Source of the DNA: an uncultured Christensenellaceae bacterium
GTDB lineage: Bacteria; Bacillota; Clostridia; Christensenellales; CAG-314
Direction of reading: 5' to 3'
DNA: 64,000 nucleotides
Assembly: GCA_910586905.1 (NCBI GenBank)
Contig: CAJUIV010000001.1
Location: 129,987 to 193,986 of the forward strand
The position numbers and the translations under genes were made by a program. Below are positions 56,494-64,000 of the stretch, one piece after another (the first letter of the stretch is position 1; the number at the start of each line of letters is the position of its first letter). Under the pieces are notes generated by a model. That model had not been told where the DNA came from and ran no database searches. It saw only the letters and a program-made list of their open reading frames with translations.

Positions 56494-58158
56494 ATGAAAA
56501 AGAAACTGATTATCAGCTGTATTCTCGCGCTGGTACTGTGCGTGTCTATGTTTACGGCGTGTAACGGCACTAAATTGAGCGTTGAATCGCTTCAAGCTAT
56601 GTTCGATTCGTTAGACCGCAAATATTCCAATGCAAGCGGAACTACGACGGAAAGTTACGATATGCCTGCGCTTGTAACGTATGTAAACGACGGAAGTATC
56701 GAGGAGTGTGATGTTTTGTGGACGGTGGAAGGCTCCGAGCTTGTAACCGTAAGCGAGAAAAACGAAGAAACTCAACGCGTTACCATCAACGTTCCCGCAG
56801 TTAGAGAAAGTGCTATCAACTATACTTTAAAAGGTTCTTTAGTAGATGAAAAAGGCAACGTTTACAAAGACGGCGACGGAAAAGAATTTACGCTGACTTT
56901 AACTCGCGTAGCGCCTAAAACAAACAAAACGGAAGCCGCAAACGCCGAATTTAACAGCAAAATCGTTAAAACCCCTACTGCCGGTACCGCATATAAACTG
57001 GCAACGTGGAAATTACAAGAGATGCTGTATTTCTCCGGAAAAACAGTCAGCGCTACAACGACTTACCGCTATTCTACCGTTAAGAAGTACGCGGACGCCC
57101 CCGACGTTTTCACCGAAACGACTGACGGCGGTTTCTATCTGTACTTTATGAACGGAACGACGAAAACGTATATCGATTTGTTCTCCTTTAACGCTAACAG
57201 CGGCAGCACTGCTTTTGTTACGGATAAAGCGCAGCTTAAAGGCGTTTACAGCGTACACGAAACCGGCGCTTTGGTTACTACCACGAAGCTGAACGAAACG
57301 GATACGACTTCCTCGACTTATTATCTTTCCATAAGAAATAAGTATCCCGGGCAAATAAGCGCTAACGCCGTTAAATATTTGACGGATTCTTACAACAGTT
57401 ACAGAACGACCGAACACGCGATGTATTTGATAAACGGCGAACCTAATATGCCCGCTCAAGAAAATTTGACGGAAGCGCAAATTTTGGAAAAATTGGGTAC
57501 TCTCGGCGAAAACGAAGAAATGTACGGACGTTATTCGCTGACGGGAGAAGTAACTACGCTTGGAACTTACAACAGTAGTTTCTTCACACAAACTATAACC
57601 ATTAAGGTTAACGATACTTTAATCGAGGGTTACAATCTCTACGTCAGCAACGCCGGTAAAGACGTTGCGGTAGGTGATAAAATTAAAATTACCGGTGTCT
57701 TGACGAACTATTCAAAGGACGGCAACAGTAAATTCGAGTTCGTTGCCGGAAGCTCTTTCGAAATCGTTGAGAAAGGACCCGGTTCCGACACGCCTATAGT
57801 TCTTCCTTCTACGGAGCATGCCGGTACGTTAGCGGACCCGTATAGCGTTGCCGATGCCGGTAAAATCGCGGCGGTTTTGGGAAGCAAGCTTACCGAAGAA
57901 GCCGTATACGTAAAGGGTATCATAACGTCTATGAAAGATCCGAGTCAGGGCGAATATAATTTCGATATTGTAGACGCGAACGGAGATACAGTGAAATGTA
58001 TAATCTATTGGACAACGTCTTCTCAAGCTCCTGCGGTTGGAGATACGGTTGTAGTAAAAGGTTGGTTGACGCAATATAACGGTTCTGCCGAAATTACAAA
58101 GAAAGATTTTTCTAACAAACCGGTTATAGTATCTATCAACGGACAATCTATTGCTTAG
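56494..58158 (+). CDS. Lipoprotein with two OB-fold-like modules, paralogous to 58712-59980
   Basis: Lipobox FTAC. Shared N-terminal module (VLWTVEGSELVTVSEK...YTLKGSLVDEKGNVYKDGDGKEF). C-terminal AVYVKGIITS...VGDTVVVKGWLTQYNGSAEI resembles the OB modules of surface nucleases. Confidence 0.6.
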   Translation: MKKKLIISCILALVLCVSMFTACNGTKLSVESLQAMFDSLDRKYSNASGTTTESYDMPALVTYVNDGSIEECDVLWTVEGSELVTVSEKNEETQRVTINVPAVRESAINYTLKGSLVDEKGNVYKDGDGKEFTLTLTRVAPKTNKTEAANAEFNSKIVKTPTAGTAYKLATWKLQEMLYFSGKTVSATTTYRYSTVKKYADAPDVFTETTDGGFYLYFMNGTTKTYIDLFSFNANSGSTAFVTDKAQLKGVYSVHETGALVTTTKLNETDTTSSTYYLSIRNKYPGQISANAVKYLTDSYNSYRTTEHAMYLINGEPNMPAQENLTEAQILEKLGTLGENEEMYGRYSLTGEVTTLGTYNSSFFTQTITIKVNDTLIEGYNLYVSNAGKDVAVGDKIKITGVLTNYSKDGNSKFEFVAGSSFEIVEKGPGSDTPIVLPSTEHAGTLADPYSVADAGKIAAVLGSKLTEEAVYVKGIITSMKDPSQGEYNFDIVDANGDTVKCIIYWTTSSQAPAVGDTVVVKGWLTQYNGSAEITKKDFSNKPVIVSINGQSIA

Positions 58159-58273
58159 TAAGCGTTTTAATACCGTAGAATGTTCTTGGATTGAATGTTA
58201 TTACGACAGCGTCGTTTTAACCACGTTAGTCGTTTCTATAACTACTGTTTAATAAAATTCATAAAAATTACTG

Positions 58274-58303
58274 ACGCCCAAATTTTAGGATTTGGGCGTT
58301 TTT
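58274..58303 (+). terminator. Intrinsic terminator ending the RDD-ABC-nuclease operon
   Basis: ACGCCCAAA / TTTGGGCGT hairpin followed by T5. Confidence 0.75.
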
Positions 58304-58393
58304 AATTTTAAATTGTTTTTTATCGGATAATGTTCGAAAAGCAAAAAATATTGCATAAATAAAAAAATAAACGTCGTTTTTTTCTGCACGGTC

Positions 58394-58422
58394 TTGATAT
58401 CCTGGAAGCAAAGTGATATAAT
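58394..58422 (+). promoter_or_regulatory. Sigma-A type promoter TTGATA-17 nt-TGATATAAT
   Basis: Extended -10. Leaves a leader of about 280 nt before the ATG at 58712. Confidence 0.5.
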
Positions 58423-58711
58423 ATAAACGTAATAGCCGTATCTAAAGCTAAACGGCGTTTAAATCTGCATTTACAGACGCAAATCGTTATTTTTCGAACG
58501 CCGACGGTAATGCCGATTAGTTCGTGATAATTTCTCGGACGTTGCCGTTTATCGTAATCAAAACCGATTTATTGAAATATTATCGTCTTTAAATTCTCTT
58601 GCCTAACCGTAGAGTTGCCGTCGAATTTGACGCCGCGTTCATTCTCATACGTTATATATTAACGAGTTTTCTCGTTTAAAATATAATAAAAACATAAGGA
58701 GTATACGCAAA

Positions 58712-59980
58712 ATGAAAAAAAGACTTTCGCTTGTTGTTTTAGCGGTATTGGTTATTGCTGCCTGCCTAACGGTTTTTGCGGCATGCAATAATAACAACGT
58801 CGATGCTTATATGCTTTTGACGCTTAAAGAAACGCTGGACGATACTAAAATCGGTCCCGTAACCAATGCTGATTTTCAAGTTCCCGCAACGGTATCGGCA
58901 ATCGATATCGACGAGAATGAAATTACGGTAGATATAGTGTGGACGGTAGAAAGCGGCGGTAGCGCGGTTACGGTCGGTGAAAAATCTCAGGACGGCAAAA
59001 CGGTAACAATCAAAGTTACCCGCGGCAGCAACGAAGTCGTATATATGCTTAAAGGTAAGCTTGCAGACGCAAAGGGAAACGCTTATAAAGACGAGAATGG
59101 AGCCGAATTAGTATCGTCGTTTGGATGCAGAGTAGAAGCGTCCGGCAATCAAGGCGGTCAAACTCCTTCCGGAGACAAAGGCACTCAAAACAATCCTTAT
59201 ACCGTTGCGGAGGCACTCGCAATTATAAACGGTTTGACGGGCGAATTTTCCTCTCAAGCGGTATATGTAAAAGGCGTTGTAACGGGTACGGTTAAACTCA
59301 GTACTCAAACTGCTAATACGTATAACTTCGATTTGGCAGACAGCGCAAGCAGTTCCGACAAGCTTATCATATGGTGGGCTTTGAGCGAAAACAAGGCTCC
59401 CGCAGTAGGCAATAACGCCGTTATTTACGGTTATTTGCAAAAGTTCACCAACGCTTCCGGAACTAAAGCGGAAATGAACAGTAATGCCGGGGTAACGCTT
59501 ACGGTTACGTCTTTGGACGATAGCGGTTCGAGCGGCGGAAACCAGGGCGGCAATCAAGGCGGTTCTGACGTTGAAGGCGCAACTGCTACGATATCCGTTA
59601 TCGGTACTTCTACAATGACGGTTAAAACTGCCGCGCAAAACGTGTTCGAACAAAACGGCGTTAAAATTACTAACGATAAAGCCTCGTCTACTAATAATTG
59701 TATTGCTGTATCGAACGAGGCGTATGCTTCTCGTTTCTATGCGGGTTCTACCATCAAGATTGAATACGCAAATATGACGAAAATAGTTATCACTTTAGAC
59801 GACGGAAATTATAACGGTAAAACTTACGTTGCCGGATTTGACGGCATGGATGTTTCCGGAGCGACGATAACGCGCGACGGAGCAACGGTTACCATTGTAT
59901 TCGATTCTCCCGTTTCGGTATTCCAGACTACCGGTTTGGCAAGTCAAGTTCGTATTTACAGTTTTGCAATTTTTTGCTAA
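58712..59980 (+). CDS. Lipoprotein, paralogue of 56494-58158 (shared N-terminal module plus one OB-fold-like module plus distinct C-terminal beta-rich domain)
   Basis: Lipobox FAAC. IVWTVESGGSAVTVGEK...YMLKGKLADAKGNAYKDENGAEL and AVYVKGVVTG...VGNNAVIYGYLQKF align with the neighbour. GGNQGGNQGG linker. Confidence 0.6.
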   Translation: MKKRLSLVVLAVLVIAACLTVFAACNNNNVDAYMLLTLKETLDDTKIGPVTNADFQVPATVSAIDIDENEITVDIVWTVESGGSAVTVGEKSQDGKTVTIKVTRGSNEVVYMLKGKLADAKGNAYKDENGAELVSSFGCRVEASGNQGGQTPSGDKGTQNNPYTVAEALAIINGLTGEFSSQAVYVKGVVTGTVKLSTQTANTYNFDLADSASSSDKLIIWWALSENKAPAVGNNAVIYGYLQKFTNASGTKAEMNSNAGVTLTVTSLDDSGSSGGNQGGNQGGSDVEGATATISVIGTSTMTVKTAAQNVFEQNGVKITNDKASSTNNCIAVSNEAYASRFYAGSTIKIEYANMTKIVITLDDGNYNGKTYVAGFDGMDVSGATITRDGATVTIVFDSPVSVFQTTGLASQVRIYSFAIFC

Positions 59981-59997
59981 TAAAATTTAAATCAAGA

Positions 59998-60026
59998 AGC
60001 GGGCGCGTAAGTGCGTCCGCTTTTTA
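59998..60026. terminator. Bidirectional terminator between the lipoprotein gene and surE
   Basis: AGCGGGCGC / GCGTCCGCT hairpin followed by T5. Confidence 0.7.
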
Positions 60027-60056
60027 ATTTAAAGTCGCTTGATTATATAATCAGTA

Positions 60057-60797
60057 TTACTTTGTTTTGCTTATTATTTTTATCAGTTTGTTAAAAGCCT
60101 CTCTATCGTCCCGTATTACCGACAGCGGCGTTACGCTTACGTATCCGTTCATAGTGGCGTCGGTATCCAGTTCCAAATTTGTACCGAATTCGTAAACGGA
60201 ATAACCGCGTTGGTCGTAGTGCGTGTCGTCAAGCTTTACGAATTCGTCTGTAAAATACGCTCCGCCTTGGCGCGTTAACAATATTTTTCCGTTTGGTATG
60301 TCGGGAATGTTGACGTTATAAATCGTATTGTAATCGAAGAGCTTATTGCGCGTTATAAAATCGTAAACTAAATCTAAATAGCACGCGTCCGATAAAAATT
60401 TGTCGTGTTCCGTCGAAAAGGCTATTCCGCGAACGTTACGCAAACGCGCTTCGAATATGTTTGCCACAGTTCCGCTGTAAAGTATATCCTCTCCTAAATT
60501 ATAACCGTTATTTATACCCGAAAGTATCAAATCGTATTCTTGTTGTAAACCGATTGTTGCGAATCTAACGCAGTCTACGGGTGTTGAGTCTACGCTGTAA
60601 GCGGTTATATTTTCGCCGAATTCGTACTTGCAAACTTCAATGGGACTGTGTATGCAAATGGCGTGGCTTTTAGCGCTTTGCTGTTTTTTAGGCGCGCATA
60701 CGGTAACGTCGCCCAATTTTTTCGCCCAAACGGCAAGAGTTCTCAAACCTTCCGATTGTATTCCGTCGTCGTTGGTAACGAGTATTCTCATAGCCAT
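60057..60797 (-). CDS. surE: 5'/3'-nucleotidase SurE
   Basis: N-terminal MRILVTNDDGIQSEG, SGINNGYNLG. Confidence 0.9.
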   Translation of the reverse strand: MAMRILVTNDDGIQSEGLRTLAVWAKKLGDVTVCAPKKQQSAKSHAICIHSPIEVCKYEFGENITAYSVDSTPVDCVRFATIGLQQEYDLILSGINNGYNLGEDILYSGTVANIFEARLRNVRGIAFSTEHDKFLSDACYLDLVYDFITRNKLFDYNTIYNVNIPDIPNGKILLTRQGGAYFTDEFVKLDDTHYDQRGYSVYEFGTNLELDTDATMNGYVSVTPLSVIRDDREAFNKLIKIISKTK

Positions 60798-61774
60798 CCT
60801 TTGTTGTTAGTTTTGTATTCTTCAACCATTTTGTCTGCGTCGGCAACCATAAGCGCTATCTCGTCAGGCGAAGTTAACGTGGCGCCACAGGTATATTGAT
60901 GTCCGCCGCCGTTGTATTTTTCCGCAAGAGAATTTATCATCATAAAGCGGCTGCGTAACCGTACTCTTATCGTGCCGTCCGGCATATCTATAAAAGCAAG
61001 TTGCGCAATGCATCCTTTTATGCCTTTCAAAAAGGATACCGCCTCGCTCGCTTGTTCTACGGTAAGATTAAATTGCTTTTGCATTTCTTTGTTTACGTAC
61101 AGGTGTACGACGCCGTTTTCCGATATTTTCATTTGTTCGAAGACGTACGCTTGAAATTTTAAAAATTCGTAATCCTCTAAGTACAGATTGGAAAATAACG
61201 TTTCGGTATCGATTCCCGTATCCATCAGCATGCCTGCAAGACGCATTGTGTCGCCGGTGGTGGCTTCGTAACGGAAACGTCCGCTGTCGGTAACCATACC
61301 GGTGTAAATATATGTCGCTGCTTGCTTGTCTATTTTCAGCTCGTCTTTAAAAGTTTGGTAGAAATAGGCGATCATTTCGCTTGCGGACGAACGCGTATCT
61401 TCTATCCAGCACAAATCGCCGTACGGTTTTATGTCGATATGATGGTCTATTTTTATTATTTCTTTTGCAAGCGCGTAGTTGTCGTTGGAAATTCTGTCGG
61501 CGGTAGCCGTGTCTACAACTATAAGTAAAGCGTTTTTGTAGAGTTCGCCGGAAATCGGTTCGTCGTCTTTTCCCAAAAACGCCAGATAGTCGGAGCTATC
61601 TTTTGTTTGCAAATAAATTTCCTTGTGCGGATACGTAAGTTTCAAAATACGGCAAAGCCCTTTTGTCGAACCTATCGCGTCGCCGTCGGGACGTATATGG
61701 CGAGTAACGATAATACGGTCGTAGCGTTTTATTTTATCAAGAATGGCTCTCATTATTTTAAGCTGTTCGGTCAT
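60788..61774 (-). CDS. DHH/DHHA1 phosphoesterase (NrnA-like oligoribonuclease / pAp phosphatase)
   Basis: RPDGDAIGS, DHHI, GGGHQYTCGAT (DHHA1 GGGH). Overlaps the surE start by 10 nt. Confidence 0.85.
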   Translation of the reverse strand: MTEQLKIMRAILDKIKRYDRIIVTRHIRPDGDAIGSTKGLCRILKLTYPHKEIYLQTKDSSDYLAFLGKDDEPISGELYKNALLIVVDTATADRISNDNYALAKEIIKIDHHIDIKPYGDLCWIEDTRSSASEMIAYFYQTFKDELKIDKQAATYIYTGMVTDSGRFRYEATTGDTMRLAGMLMDTGIDTETLFSNLYLEDYEFLKFQAYVFEQMKISENGVVHLYVNKEMQKQFNLTVEQASEAVSFLKGIKGCIAQLAFIDMPDGTIRVRLRSRFMMINSLAEKYNGGGHQYTCGATLTSPDEIALMVADADKMVEEYKTNNKGWL

Positions 61775-61863
61775 ATATATCTCCGTATAATTTATTTTAA
61801 TAACTTTTATTTTATATTTTTTTAGTAAAGCCAGCGCGTCGGTATTTTGTTCGGCGCCGCACG

Positions 61864-62796
61864 TTATTCTTTCAATTCGTCCAAATCTTTTAACATATCC
61901 ATTGCCGTTTCCAAATCTTTTATTGTGGCGCCGCTGGCTTTGGCGTGTCCTCCTCCGCCGTATTTGGCTGCAACGGGGTTGACGTTGTATCTCTTAGAAC
62001 GTAATTCGCATAATACGCCGCTTTCGGTTTCGGTAAAATTAACCCATGTGTCAACGCCTTTTATTTCCGACATCACGCCAACCATACCGCGGGAAACGGT
62101 AAATTCGTCCGCTTTAACAGCCGCAAGTTCGTCTTTGGTAGTTATAATATACGCCACGTTATTTTTCGTGAATTTGATTTTGAGCGTATATATTGCACGC
62201 AGTTTTATTATTTCAAAATCGTCCGCATATAAATTCGCGTATAATTTGTTCGTATCGAAACCGTATTCTTTAAGAGCTGCCGCAAGACGGAAAGTCCGTG
62301 CGTTCACCGAATCGTAACGGAAACGTCCGCTGTCTGTAACCATACCCGTAAACAAAGATTTCGCTGCTAGAACGTTTAGTTTTAAACCGGTCTGCAGAGC
62401 GAAATCGGTTATAAGTCCGCAGCAGCTTTCATACGACGTATCTATAATATCTACGTCTGCAATATCTTCGCATTTGATATGATGGTCGAAACGCAGAGTT
62501 TCTTTCGCAAGCGTGTAACGGCCGTCGCTTATCATAGAGCGGACGGAAGTATCTAAAATAATCGCTAACGCGTTATCGTATACGTTGTTTGGGATATTGT
62601 CTGGCGAACAGTCTTCCATAAAAGAAAACCGTTTTGCGTCGTCGCCTACTATGTAAACGGTTTTTTGCGGGAAGTTGGTTTTGATAAGTTCCTTCATCCC
62701 AACCTGACTTCCAATCGCGTCGCCGTCCGGATTAGTATGGCGGTGGATAATTATCGTATCGTATTTTTTTATAAGTTCTAAGGCTTGTTTAAACAT
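61864..62796 (-). CDS. Second DHH/DHHA1 phosphoesterase (NrnA-like paralogue)
   Basis: NPDGDAIGS, DHHI, GGGHAKASGAT. Confidence 0.85.
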   Translation of the reverse strand: MFKQALELIKKYDTIIIHRHTNPDGDAIGSQVGMKELIKTNFPQKTVYIVGDDAKRFSFMEDCSPDNIPNNVYDNALAIILDTSVRSMISDGRYTLAKETLRFDHHIKCEDIADVDIIDTSYESCCGLITDFALQTGLKLNVLAAKSLFTGMVTDSGRFRYDSVNARTFRLAAALKEYGFDTNKLYANLYADDFEIIKLRAIYTLKIKFTKNNVAYIITTKDELAAVKADEFTVSRGMVGVMSEIKGVDTWVNFTETESGVLCELRSKRYNVNPVAAKYGGGGHAKASGATIKDLETAMDMLKDLDELKE

Positions 62797-63475
62797 ACTG
62801 TACCTTTTATGATTATTATTTCTAAAATCGCGTCAAACGCCGTGTTTTTGCTAAAAAGCGCCGATTTTTTAAGAATTTATAGTTTAACATATTTATAAAC
62901 ATTAGTCAACATTGAAAGTAAGCCGGACTTCTTCGAATCTGAAATAAACGGACAAATCTTTGTTATATAACGAGGTTATTGCACAAAATATTTTCAGATA
63001 AAATAACAATACGCATATCCGAGTATTTAAAAATGTGTTGTTTCGGAAAGACAATTTCTTAAAACTTTTGCGGGTAACGTTTGCGGTTGCCGCTATTGCG
63101 CGGCAGTTATGTAAAAGACCTTTGAAAGAGTATGCTTAAATTTAAATCATTCAAGTTAAAAGCAGATTGCTTTTTCTTAAACGCACGATTTATGCCGTTA
63201 AAATTGCTTTTTAATCGTTTCAATGTTTTCAATAGTCGAAATCGATATATTGTCGATTGTTTCCGTTTAAAAATTTTAACGATTTGGGTATTGACATTTG
63301 AAAAATAAGAATATAGAATAAGTAGTAATTTTTATTGAGTTTGAATAAAAGATTTGAGCAAGAATCTGAAAAAGCGTTTGATAATGCTGAGAAGCGATGC
63401 TGCGTTTTGACTTTTTGTGCAGTACTGCTTCGATTAAGTACTAAAAAACATAAAATAAACAAGACGGAGGAAAAT

Positions 63476-64000
63476 ATGAAGCTAACTTATCTTGGCACGG
63501 GCGCTGCGGAAGGCGTGCCGTCGCTGTTTTGTCAGTGCGACAACTGCAAACAGTCCCGCGCTTTGGGCGGCAGAAATATACGTTCGCGTTCGCAGGCTTT
63601 AATAAACGACGAACTGCTTATAGATTTTCCTGCCGATACGTTTTGGCATTTTATAAAATATAATTTCGATTGCGAAAATATATGCGGCTGTATTATAACC
63701 CATTCTCACTCCGACCATTTGTATCCCGCCGAAGCGGAAATCGCGAAACCGTCGCTTTCGCACGAACATCGTGTTATCAAGTTCTATGCCGATAAAAGCG
63801 GTTACGATTTACTTTTGCGGCAGGTTTCGCAAACAAACGGAAATGCGGCAGTTCATTTAATCGAAGTAGGTAAACGTTTCGAAATTGCGGGCAGCCGCAG
63901 GTATTCCGTTATGCCGATGAGAGCAAATCATAACGCGGATTCTACGCCGGTTATATATTCTGTCGAGTGCGAAGGTAAACGGGTGCTTTACGCGCACGAT
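63476..64000 (+). CDS. MBL-fold metallo-hydrolase (PhnP-like phosphodiesterase family), 3' end cut by window edge
   Basis: Not in the ORF track because it runs off the window. GGAGG SD, then MKLTYLGTGAAEGVPSLFCQCDNCK (Cys cluster) and ITHSHSDH (HxHxDH). Confidence 0.75.
   Translation, partial: MKLTYLGTGAAEGVPSLFCQCDNCKQSRALGGRNIRSRSQALINDELLIDFPADTFWHFIKYNFDCENICGCIITHSHSDHLYPAEAEIAKPSLSHEHRVIKFYADKSGYDLLLRQVSQTNGNAAVHLIEVGKRFEIAGSRRYSVMPMRANHNADSTPVIYSVECEGKRVLYAHD

Overview
Low-GC, CG-dinucleotide-rich Firmicutes-type chromosome segment. TGA is a normal stop here (addB and an ABC ATPase end in TGA).

**First third: origin-proximal housekeeping genes.**
- yidC (5' partial) and jag.
- A Nudix hydrolase, rsmG, mnmG and mnmE on the minus strand.
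- parA-parB, followed by a 1-kb gene-free block holding three parS-like sites.
- A CvpA-like protein, yyaC, ftsH, a lipoprotein, addB-addA, uvrC and dut.

**Middle.**
- A TIM-barrel enzyme, an Fe3+/Afu-type ABC importer (lipoprotein SBP, fused 12-TM permease, ATPase with a large insertion) and a GH2 glycosidase. These sit behind a promoter whose spacer carries a G9 tract.
- tadA, a degraded lipoprotein gene, an AmaP-like protein and a cytoplasmic PAS hybrid histidine kinase.
- A GT4 glycosyltransferase plus a complete GDP-D-glycero-alpha-D-manno-heptose pathway: hddA, fused hddC-gmhB, gmhA.
- tRNA-Pro(GGG) followed by a decayed island: a tyrosine-recombinase remnant, a phage-like fragment, and an orphan Hint-domain polymorphic-toxin plus immunity cassette of foreign composition.

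**Last third.**
- A lipoprotein 5'-nucleotidase.
- An apparent nine-gene operon: RDD protein, membrane protein, CUT1-type ABC importer, SNase-domain lipoprotein and an OB-fold-like lipoprotein.
- A paralogous lipoprotein, then convergent surE plus two DHH/DHHA1 phosphoesterases, and a 3'-partial MBL hydrolase.

**Best candidate for an undescribed system.** The surface nuclease/nucleotidase/OB-lipoprotein set built around the CUT1 ABC importer (about 46.5-60 kb).

**Other leads.**
- The orphan toxin cassette.
- The G9 promoter tract.
- The ABC ATPase insertion and the Lys/Ala tails.
- The leader ORF plus terminator.
- The parS triplet.

No rRNA or CRISPR array was seen.
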